Shown here: positions 13,379 to 24,742 of the stretch, piece by piece
Layout: each line of letters begins with the position of its first letter
Position numbering within the stretch: position 1 is the stretch's first letter
NCBI RefSeq assembly: GCF_006345805.1
Contig: NC_042997.1
Location: 86,118,001-86,182,000 of the forward strand
Origin: Octopus sinensis
Taxonomy: Eukaryota
Length of the DNA stretch: 64,000 nt
Direction: 5' to 3'
Program-made: the position numbers and the translations under genes
Notes under the pieces: generated by a model
Seen by the model: the letters and a program-made list of their open reading frames with translations, nothing else
The model's database searches: none
What the model was told of the DNA's origin: nothing

Positions 13379-15472
13379 CTATAAATTCTTTGGATTGCTT
13401 TAGTTGCATTGCACCACTGTTACCATCTCCTACACCAACATCCTCTTTTTATGGTCGTTTAGCATGGTAGAAATAGCAGCCAGGTCTCCCTCAAATTAAA
13501 GGCTTACTGACTTAAAAGGAAAAAAATATGGACAATGAACAGTGTTACCTCCAGTGTATAATAAAGAAATGGATTGTCATGGATGGTGCCACCTTTAACC
13601 CTAGGTTTGTTTAATCAGGTTTAACCTGGGGTTAAACATAGACTATCAAGAATGAACTACAATCAAAAACATGGACGTGCGATCTGCTAGAAATAGCAGT
13701 CAAAATTCCCTCAAATGATACCTATCATCTTAGGAAAGAACATGTGTAAGACAGTGCTGGGTTCCTAGAGCACAGATAAATGATGATAGTCATGACTAGG
13801 ATGGCTTTGATCATTGGTCTCTGTTGGATCAAAGATGGCCAAGGGCTAAACAACAGAACAGCATAGGTATCAACACCATCATCACCAGCACAATCGTAAT
13901 CATTATCACATCATCATCATCATCATGTGCTTCATTACCATTCTATCACCACCACCACCACCACTACTGCAGCTATTAGTAACAACAATAACAAAAATAA
14001 TACTATGATTGAACATCATTATCATCAGCATTAACACTACTACACCACTACCACCACCTGTTTTCATCATCACCATCGTCAACACCTCCACCATCACCAT
14101 CATATCCGCTAGGATTATCATCACTTACACAGCCTCCTTACTCACATTGACACCCCCCCCACCATCACAACTTCCTCCTCCTCTTCTCCTCTTCCACCAC
14201 TATTACCTAAACTATAATACACCACTACCATTGCTACTAGTATCAATAATACCTTTACCACCACCACTACTACAATTATTCCCCATTACACCCACCACCA
14301 CCAAGACAATTACCACCTCTGCTACTACAATCAATACCACCACCATCTCCACCATTCCTCTCTCCCCACCCACACTACTACCACAACCCTCATAACTATC
14401 TCTGCTATTACCACAAATAACACTACTGCCACTACTACAAAGCCCTACTACAAGCCACCACCACCACCATCCTCATAGTAACCCTTTCTGTACTTTTAGC
14501 ATTTGATTGTTTTGGTTAGTTCGAGAAAGTTCCTCAATTCTCCTTCCTGTTTCTCTTGTCTCATTAAAGCAATCTGTTGGGTTTCTGGGGGAGAATATCA
14601 GGAGAGAGGGATACATGAGCAAGAGAGAGTGAGGGAGAGAGAGAGAGAGAGAGAGAGACATGCAGTATGTTAGATGTAAGCAGGAGTAAATGATGTGTGA
14701 GGAGGGGAAGTGGGGACAATAGTATAAGCATAAAATAATAACAAAAATATTACGAAAAACAATGGATGTGGGTGGAAGACGGTGGACGGGAGGGGGGTTA
14801 GGGGAATTCATGAAAACAACAATATTGATATTTGTTATATATTAGTCTAAATATATTAAATGTGTGCGTGTATATGTGTGTTTTTAGGTTAAATTCTTTA
14901 TGCTAACTTGTGCACACACATGTATGTGTATGTAGACACACCTACGCACATACACACACACACATCAATATACATACACACTCACATACATACATACATA
15001 CATACATACATACATACATACATACATACTACATACATACATACATACATACATACATACATACATACATACATACATACATACATACATACATACATAC
15101 ATACATGTATGCATGGATGGATGGATGTCTGTGTAGAAATTTGTGTGTTTTTATGTGCATGTATGTATATATACACACATGCACAAATATGTATAAATAG
15201 ATACAGATATATACATATGTATACTTATATATATACATGTAACATTCATGTGCATATATATATGTATATGTGTGTGTGTGTATATATATATATACATGCA
15301 TATATATACACACACACATGTCTATATAGACACACATACATATCTATATATATATATATGCATGTGTGTATATACATATACACATACACACAAAGACATT
15401 TATGTATTTATAAATGTATTTGTGTATGTATATATATATTTGTATATATATATATATATATGTGTGTGCGTG

Positions 15473-15548
<76 letters not shown>

Positions 15549-16145
15549 ATATATATATATTATAAGCAAAGGAAAGAACACTTTTATGTGCGTTTCTGTG
15601 CATGTGTGAGTGTGCATCTGTATTTATACATAGCTTTTGTTTTATCTTCTTCCATAAATGCACATGAGATGCATGAGGTAATGATATAGCTAAATCAATA
15701 CATGCATTGATGCTGGGCCCAATTACACTGCATGCCTGCAAGTGAATCTATTAAGACATGATCGTGCCTGCACATACGCACATGCATGTATATAGATATC
15801 GTTCATGCTCTCACACATTTATGCATGTATACAAATACATGTGTGTGCAGATGTATTATATGTATTTATATATATGTGTCTATGTATATATAATATATAT
15901 ATATATAAATATACATATGTCTATATACATATAGACATGTATGTGTGTACGTATGTATGTGTGTATATATATATATACACATACAGGTATGTAGAGATAT
16001 AGATAGATATGCATAGATATACACCGATGCGCACTAATCTATCTACATATATACTAAAAGATAGATATGTATGATCATACATATACACACATGTATGTAT
16101 TCATATGTGAATCTCTCTGTCTCTCTTATGTCTTTCTCTCTCTTA

Positions 16146-16209
<64 letters not shown>

Positions 16210-16366
16210 TACATGCGCATGTGTATCAGTAATGCTTTAATAAATATATTGCAGAAGAATGAACGTGATGATATCCACTAATCTGTAGGGCTTTAGTTAT
16301 ATAGTTATATGGCCAATTAAATAACGCATATAAGAGAAGGAAAGAGAGACAATAAAAAGGAGCACA

Positions 16367-16416
<50 letters not shown>

Positions 16417-16424
16417 ATATATAT

Positions 16425-16456
<32 letters not shown>

Positions 16457-16480
16457 ATATGTATATATATGTATATATAT
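12860..16480. repeat. Simple-repeat field: (CA)n, (CAT/CAC)n, (GA)n, (TACA)n at about 14985-15105, (TA/TG)n
   Basis: Directly visible; source of most H/T/I/Y/C/V-rich ORFs. Confidence 0.95.
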
Positions 16481-17128
16481 ATATATATATATATTTTTAT
16501 GTATGTAAATATTAGTAGTCAGAATTTTGTTATAATGAATATATCACAAAAGAATTAAGGTGATATCCGCTAATCTACAGAGCTTTAGTAATAAGGCCAT
16601 TTATTAAACTGGCATGCTTAACAGATAAAGAGAAAGATGAGGCAGAGAGAGAGGGGGGCAGAGAGAGAGAGAGAGAAAGCGAGATTGACATATAAGTATA
16701 TACATATATGTGTATATGTATGTTATACTCACAACTCTCTTTGACAAAGACACTACACACTTGTTCATATACATATGTTCAAAATACTCAAATATATGAT
16801 CATTTAAACCTGTGCAATTACTCTGAGTAAACCTGAGGTAAAAGTTATCTTAAATGATTTTCTCCTGTTGACCATGTTGAGATTCTCAAGCTTTATGTGA
16901 GCATTCAAGCTGCTAGAAATAGCAACCAAATTTCCACACTATCTTTAAAAAGCAGGCACAGTACATAATATAGTCTGAGATATACTACTATATATATCAA
17001 AGACTACATTATATATGTTATACATGATATGTATACATAAAAAAAATGCAGAATGGTCATAGTTTGAACACCTTTCATCAGATATCTACTAAAGAAGGAC
17101 TGACTTCAGCTAAGCAACAACAACATTT

Positions 17129-17175
<47 letters not shown>

Positions 17176-18446
17176 CTTTGTTTTACAGTAACTTGATGTG
17201 CTTGAAATCTTTCCTTCAAACCACGTTTTAGTTTCTTACCCACACTAGATATATAGTCATTGTAAGCGGTGACTGAAAATGAAAGACATGATCATCACAG
17301 CTGGAGTAGGTTAACTCAATCAGTATGCTGGCCTGGGGATAAATCACTACCATTTCATGGATTTTAATTTTATTTTCATTTTTTGTCTTTTTAGAATTTA
17401 ATGTGAGGTCTTCTTGAATTTCTGGTTTCTTCTCCAGATAAAAATATCACTGCTGATTTTTTTTTTTTTTTATGTTTCTGCTTTTGTGTTTCATTTCTTT
17501 TTTTCATGTAGTTGCTGATTCTATGATTACTTGTTGCAATTTGTTGATGATGAAGATAACAAAATTCAGCTGCATTCTCAAAACAAAGACTTGTATAGCA
17601 CCAACCTCTATAGATTGTTTAGAAGAAAATGCCAGACTGTTTGACAAAACTGGATTTCTCTCTTAAGAAATATAATTTAGAAAAATGTTGTAGCAATATT
17701 CTTTGGTATTTTACTTGGCTGACTGTCTTAGTAGTTGCAGATCAAACAACATCAAGTGTATTAAGCAGAGACAAAATGTTGTGTCTACAATAGTGATTCT
17801 GAAATGATGCATTAGAGATGATGCCTAAGTGTACCATAGATTTTTAAAGATGTGCCTGCATGACACCTTGGACAAAGGTCTTCTATAATCACTGCTTTGT
17901 GATTGGATCTGGTACCAATTTGCACTCATACACACACACACACACACATACACACACACATATGCATGTGTGTGTGTGTGTGTATAATATATTAATGTTA
18001 GTTTTTATGTTCAGTTATAATAAAAACAATTTTACATTAATCTGATGGGTTATTTTATACTTTTGTAGAGTACAAATTTATTAGTCTTATACAAGATTGT
18101 TCCTGACAGTGATTTCAAAGTTTTAGCCAACTAAGTAGTCTAACTGTAGCTTAGCTGGCCAAAACTTTGAAGTCTGTGTTTATTTGCTTCCTTATCTTAA
18201 TATCATAACTTAATGATAGTTATAATGTCACCATTATACAAGTGGCATTCTTTGTTTCCAGTTGCCTCCTTGATTGGAAACAGGTGAGGGTTGGCAATAG
18301 GGAGGGCATTCTGCCATATAAAATCTGCCTCAATGAATTTCATCTGACTCATACAAATATAGAAAAGTGAGCATTAGAATAATAATAATAATATGATGAT
18401 GATGATGATGTGGTGTTGGTGGTGGCGGCAGCGGCAGCGGTGGTGG

Positions 18447-18712
18447 CCTCCTCAAGCACAGCATGTCGCCCTATGCACCAAGGTACTTTTGAGTGGGCTG
18501 GGGCTGTTTATGCAACACTGATGTAAGTTACAGCTGTGAACTCACTTTATTTGCCAGGTCTTCGCAGTCACAGCATATCTCCTGAGGTCTCGGTCTTTCG
18601 TCATTGCTTCTGTGAGGCCCAACATTCAAAGGTCATGCTTCACCACCTCATCCCATGTCTTCCTGGGTCTACCTCCACCCCAGATTCCTTCAACTGTTTG
18701 GGAGTGTCACAA
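18447..18712 (-). mobile_element. RTE 3' end fragment (same family as 51250 and 54518)
   Basis: Reverse complement of ggtagacccaggaagacatgggatgaggtggtgaagcatgacctttgaatgttgggcctcacagaagcaatgac. Confidence 0.8.
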
Positions 18713-18807
18713 TTCACAATTCAAATTTACAGAAAACAAAAGACGATGATAGGTGAGGGAATAACAAGCAGGTGTATTAATTTAACACTCCAGAAGAATG
18801 GAAAAGT

Positions 18808-18843
18808 TTTTGACGTTTTGAGCCTATGCTCTTTGACAGAAAG
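18808..18843 (-). ncRNA. Degenerate minimal hammerhead motif in a Penelope-type repeat (about 18745-18860)
   Basis: Minus strand: cttt CTGTCAA a gagc-atag-gctc AAAA cg TC aaaa. Intact stem II, palindromic A-CG-T stem III, GTC triplet; core decayed. Confidence 0.45.
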
Positions 18844-19354
18844 GATTGAGAGGTGAAAAAATGGAGGGGGAACAAAAATAAAATGGAGATGCATCTTATA
18901 GTAGAAACAGCTGTAAGCTAATGAAGTTCATAAGATAATCGTTTATTCCTTTGTCATTTCATTTTCTTGTTACCTCTCTGTACTCAACTAATGCTTCATT
19001 TTGAAGTATACACATTTTAAGTTCTACATCAGGTTATTAGTCTCATAAGAGAAATATGTGTCTGCGTGCACGCACATATACATATGTGTGTGTGTGTGTA
19101 ATTGTATGTATATTCACACACACATTCACACGGAATAACAGGAGACAAACCTTCAGCTATATGACGTCTGATAAGATCTAGAAACAGTAAAAACAACTAT
19201 TCTATGCTTTTGCTAATTTTATAATTTCTTATTGTATTGATCAGTAACTCAGAAAAGTATTTCACTGTGAAACTAAATACATAGAATGAATTTGCTAATT
19301 CATATATATATTAACATATATATATATATATATTTATATATATACACACACACT

Positions 19355-19403
19355 CTTAAGAACAGATCTGGTTAACAGAAGCTGAAAGAAGCCTGTTGTA
19401 TAC

Positions 19404-19483
<80 letters not shown>

Positions 19484-19760
19484 TGTGTGTGTCTGTGTCT
19501 GTGTGTGTCTGTGTGTGTGTGTGCTTGTATCTTCTTCTTTTGACATTGCATGATAGATGTCACTATCATACAGAAGTGTCATTCCATTTCCAATATTCTA
19601 TGGAAACATTTCTGACCATGAGGAACTATTATCCTGCTTGGAAACAAGTGAGATTTGACTACAGGAAGAGCATCCAGTCATAGAAAATCTGCCTCAATAA
19701 TCTCTGTCCAAGTATGGTAAAGTGAACATTAAAACAGTGATGATATATATCATCGCCATC
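19355..19760 (+). mobile_element. SINE family B, head-truncated, with long (TG)n
   Basis: gaagctgaaagaagcctgttg...ggaaacaagtgag...aggaagagcatccagtcatagaaa. Confidence 0.7.
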
Positions 19761-19932
19761 ATCAACATTTAACGTCCATTTTCATGGGGTTGAATGGCTT
19801 TACAGGGATTGGCAAGGCCAGGGACCGCACCAGGTTCCACAGTCTATTTTGACTTGGTTTCTATGGCTGGATGCTCTTCTTAATGCCAACCACTTTAAAG
19901 AATGTACTTGATGCTTTTTAAATGGCACCTAT

Positions 19933-19979
<47 letters not shown>

Positions 19980-20104
19980 GATTACAGTTTACAGTTCTGT
20001 TATAGGTGGGATCAACAAAAAGATGTACCCCATCCAGTGAGAGATAGATATAATTTAATATACACAATTTACAAAGGAGCTCCTAATAGTTTCATGCTTT
20101 AGAG

Positions 20105-20235
20105 ATACAATAATTTGGCAGATTTGTGTACCATACCACCTATCTCTAAGTAATCTTTCAGGCTCAGTGCATATCATTAGATGTATTTAAAAACCAGGAT
20201 GCTGGTCTGTAAGAAAAAAGCAAGAAAAAAAACCT
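20105..20235 (+). repeat. 131-bp segment, copy 1 of a near-identical local direct duplication
   Basis: Matches 21510-21642 with one C/T substitution and a different A-tract length. Confidence 0.95.
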
Positions 20236-20329
20236 CACAGAAGATTGATGCAAAAAGTGGAAGAAGAAGAAATTTGCTTACATGCACACATATGTACATA
20301 CATATCTCTGTATAAATAGATATACATAT

Positions 20330-20620
<291 letters not shown>

Positions 20621-21044
20621 GTGTGTATCAGTATATATATGTATCTGTCAATCCATGTATCTAGATTGATATATTTGTGTGTGTGTGTCTATGTAGATAT
20701 ACATTTATATTTGTATATGTTGCACACACACACTCACACACACACAGATACATGTATACATACACACATACTCACAAACATATACAATTATAATGCATAA
20801 AGAATACTTCTTAACAATCTATCTTTTCAGTTATCAGCCATTCAACAGCCAGCTTCAACAATTAATTATTTAATTGCTAAAGTTGCATGTTTCCAGTAAA
20901 TAACAGAAAAAGAAGTGCATTAACCATAATTCTTTCCACCTTCCATGTTTTATTCATCACTTACTTTGGAATTTCTCTTCAGTTTCTCATTCATCTTTAC
21001 CTGTATTATGTATTATATATGTATCGTTTGAGCATTTCTAGTAT

Positions 21045-21468
21045 ATATTGGGGATGCAGTATGGCTAAATGGTTAAGTTCATTTAGCAACATCAAGTCCT
21101 AGGTTCAATCCTATTGTGTGGTGTCTTTGGCAAGAGTTTTTTTTTACTATAGCCACGGTTTGATTTGGGGCATGTATTCATGATTTAAATCAATGGCCAG
21201 ACTAGATATCTTTATCATTTATCTTTTATTTGTTTCTGTTATGAGACTTGGCCATGCTGAGGCACTGTCTTGAAAAATTTTAGTAAAACTTGTCAATACC
21301 AGAATTTTGTTGGTTTTTTTTATCAAGCCTGGTACTTATTCTATTAGTCCCTTTTGCTGATCTGCTAAGTTACAGGGATGTAAACACATCAACACTAATT
21401 GTCAAGCAGTGTGTATATGGTGGGGACAAGCTCAAACACAAAGTCTCACACACACACATATATATGTA

Positions 21469-21516
<48 letters not shown>

Positions 21517-21912
21517 AATTTGGCAGATTTGTGTACCATACCATCTATCTCTAAGTAATCTTTCAGGCTCAGTGCATATCATTAGATGTATTTAAAAACC
21601 AGGATGCTGGTCTGTAAGAAAAAAGCAAGAAAAAAAAAACCTTTGTTGATTTGTTTGCATTCCTGCAACTTGTCAGTTCAGCAAAAGACCAATAGAATAA
21701 GTACCAGACTTTAAAAAATAGGTACTAGGGCTGGTTTGTTCAACTAAACCTTTTGAATAAGTGTCCCAGCATGGCCATAGCCACAGTTCATCTCCCAAAT
21801 ACTCTCACAATGCAGTGATCAAACTAGGGCCATAGTACAAGACACTTGCCAAAGATGTCATGCTGTAAGATCGAACCCAAAAAGCATGTTTCTTAACTAC
21901 ACAGCCATGCCT
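21045..21912. mobile_element. Stack of family-A SINE fragments in alternating orientation (+ head, - tail, + tail, - head)
   Basis: Heads and tails recognised at about 21045, 21215-21460, 21660-21790 and 21790-21912. Confidence 0.65.
21510..21642 (+). repeat. Copy 2 of the 131-bp duplication
   Basis: Starts directly after a (TA)n tract. Confidence 0.95.
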
Positions 21913-22999
21913 TCAAACATTTTGTTACATTTAATTACATACGTGTTTTCTACTGGTCAGACTTTGCCTTTCATCCTTTCAGAGTCAATAAATTAAGTAC
22001 CAGTTGAACACTGGGGTCACTGTAATTAGCTTATACCCTCCTCCGAAATTACTGGCTTTGTGATGAAATTTGAAATCAGATACATGTGCGTGAATGTGAA
22101 TGAGAATTATACAGATATGATAAAAAATTAAATAGTGACCTTGACAGTAAGGCATTAAATAAACATGTAGAAAACTATAGGAAAAGAAAATGCTGTCTCT
22201 TCATTTTTTGCAGCAGATTTATTTTTATTCTTTATGCCAAACTCAGAATTTATGCTTTTTATCTTTCTCTGGTTGTTGTTATTGCATTTTTATAAAATCA
22301 ATGAAAAATAGGTTTTGAGACCACCTGGGAATGAATGATTAGGTAGAAAGTTCAAGTGGTAGGGTTAGCACAGCTTGATGTTAAATTATTAAAATGCAGC
22401 AGTAGTTGTCAAAAGTGCTATCTATAGATTATGACCTATTGGTTCCTGATCAGTGTGAAGTGAAGCTGAAATGTTTTGGAAAAAAGAAAAAACAAAATAT
22501 AAAATAAAAATATCTCTCTCCACTGACATCCCTCCTTACTGAGTCAATAAATTGTCTGAGGTCTTTCTCTTAATATTGGCACTCTCCATAATGTCTTTTA
22601 TGTGGTAGCTAGATGGCTAGCTAGGTATATGGCTAGATGCATGGATGATTGGATGGATGGATGGATGGATGAACCAGTTCAGATGGAGAGACAAATAGAC
22701 AAGGCAGATTAAAACATGACATTAAAAAAAATGTGATTGGTTTAACAAAAAGGAAATGTTCGATGAATATCTGAAAACTGGTAACTCAGTAGGAGACAGA
22801 ATTGTGTTTCAGTAATTTTGTAGTTTGCTTTTAGTCTGTATAAACTATGGCAACAAATAACCTCACTCCTTCCTCTCAGCATGCTCTTAGATATTCTCAA
22901 ATATATATGTGTATGTGTGTGCATGTGTGTGTGTGTGTGTGTGTGTGTACACATTTAATATATATTTATGTAGGCTTTTTGACTTTTTTTTTTTTAGTT

Positions 23000-23358
23000 G
23001 GTGCAGGCAAAGCTTTGTGGTAAGAAACTTGCTTCCCAACCACATGGTTCCAGGTTCAGTCCCATTGCATGACACCTTGGGCAAGTGTCTTCTACTATTA
23101 TAACCTTGGGCTGACCAAATCCTTGTGAGTGGATTCTGCGAAAGAAGCCCATATGTGTGTGTGCACAGATATGTGTCCATGTCTGTGTGGGCTGTGTGTG
23201 AATATCTGTTTTTGTCTTCCACTACTGCTTGACAACTGGTGTTGGTATGTTTACACTCCCATAACTTCGCAGTTCAGCAAAAGAGATTGATAGAATGAGT
23301 ATCAGACTTAAAAAGAAAAAGTAATTAATGGGGTCAATTCATTTGAATAGAATTCTTC
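23000..23358 (+). mobile_element. SINE family A
   Basis: ggttcagtcccattgcatgacaccttgggcaagtgtcttc...gcttgacaactgg. Confidence 0.8.
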
Positions 23359-23374
23359 ACAATAATACTAACAG

Positions 23375-23765
23375 CTCCATCCAAGCGAGATCACTGCCAG
23401 AGTGGCTGTCTGGCTTCCATGCCGGTGGCATGTAAAAAACACCATTTGAGCATGATCGTTACCAGCATTGCCTTACTGGCACTTGTGCCAGTGGCATGTG
23501 AACAAAACATTCAAGCGAGGTCATTGCCAGTGCCACTGGACTGACTCCTGTGCAGGTGGCATGTGAAAAACACTATTTCGAGCATGGCCATTGCCAGTAC
23601 CGCCAGACTGGCCCTCGTGCCGGTGGCACATAAAAGCACCCACTACACTCTCAGAGTGGTTGGTGTTAGGAAGGGCATCCAGCTGTAGGAACTCTGCCAG
23701 AACCATCTGGTTCGCCACTCCTCAGTCAAATCATCCAACCCATGCTAGATGATGATGATGATGCA
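23375..23765 (+). mobile_element. Non-autonomous element made of the RTE 3' UTR (about four 66-bp units plus tail)
   Basis: Repeated ggtggcatgt(g/a)aaaaacacc units; ttaggaagggcatccagctgtag; (GAT)n. Confidence 0.8.
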
Positions 23766-23814
23766 TGCCCAACCTGACCACAGCCTAACAACTGAAATGA
23801 GTAAAAGATAAAAG

Positions 23815-24742
23815 ATATCATCATCATCATCATTTAACGTCCATTGTCCATGCTGGAATGATTTGGACGGTTTGACCAGGGCTGGCAAGCTGGAAGGCTG
23901 CACTGGACTCCAGTCTGTTTTAGCATGGTTTCTATAGCTGGTTGCCCTTCCTAATGCCAACCACTCTGAGAGTATAATGGGTGCTTTTACGTGCCATTTG
24001 CATGACACCGGTATCTGCTATGTCTGTGGTTTTACTTGGCTTGATGGGTCTTCTTCTCAAGCATGGCATAATGTCAAATGGACTCAATCATTGCCTCCAT
24101 GAGGCCCAATACTTAAAAGGTGCTTTTACCTGCCATTTGCATGGCACAAGTATCTTCCATGACTGAGATTTTATTTGGCTTGATGGGTCTTCTTCTCAAG
24201 CACAGTATAATGCCAAAGGTCATTGCCTCTGTGAGGCCCAACATTCAAAAGGAGCTCAACTATGTTGCCTTTAGCTTTGTAGCAGTTAAACCTTTACCTT
24301 TAGCTTTGTAACAGTTGACTATGGTGCTGCTACACCAGTCATTGGGTATGACTCCTTCGTGAATCACCTGATTTGCAATACAGGTGACTAGACCATAACC
24401 TACACTGCCAGGTATTTTAAGCATCTCAGTGGTAATTTCTGAAGAGTCATGTCTTCATGTCCTTAGTTGCTTTATCTACCAAGGTACTGTTGATTCAGGT
24501 AGCTCGTCCCTCAGTTGGGTCAACATCTGGCAGACTCCCCTCCTCCCATTCATTCTCTATTTTCAGCAGTCTTTCGTAATGGCACTTCCAAGCCTTTTTC
24601 TTTGCAGAATCACTAAATGCAAGTGCACCATCATCCATACAGGCATAATTCTCTCTCACACACTGTTTTGCAATCCGGAACACTTCAATTTGTTGGTCCT
24701 CATGTCACTTGCTCTTTTCTGCTTCTCCTTTGGCTAGATATA
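23815..24742 (-). mobile_element. Internally deleted RTE LINE: linker and RT-start region fused to a duplicated 3' end
   Basis: Minus strand reads YLAKGEAEK..VFRIAKQCVRE..DDGALAFSDSAKKKAWKCHYERLL..VDKATKDMK..EITTEMLK..IPNDWCSSTIVNCYK, then jumps to ttgggcctcacagaggcaatgac. Confidence 0.85.

Larger units (their letters stand above)
10195..13860 (+). repeat. Cluster of about seven same-orientation copies of interspersed family D (ctagaaatagcagccaaatc...gggctaaacaac)
   Basis: Start motif at about 10205, 11505, 11730, 11930, 12293, 13467 and 13693; most copies end in ...ctaaacaac-like tails. Confidence 0.75.

Noticed and set aside
14768-14806. G-quadruplex candidate
   Set aside because: Does not give four separated G3 tracts with short loops.
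17472-17800. Acceptor at 17511 plus ORFs (ADSMITCC..., MPDCLTK...)
   Set aside because: No good donor, and part resembles antisense family D.
19160-19195. ctgataa-gatcta-gaaac hammerhead-like string
   Set aside because: Core mutated, no stem II and no stem I complement.
20965-21000. Minus-strand 36-nt exon (VKMNEKLKRNSK) with GTAAGT donor
   Set aside because: Acceptor lacks a pyrimidine tract.
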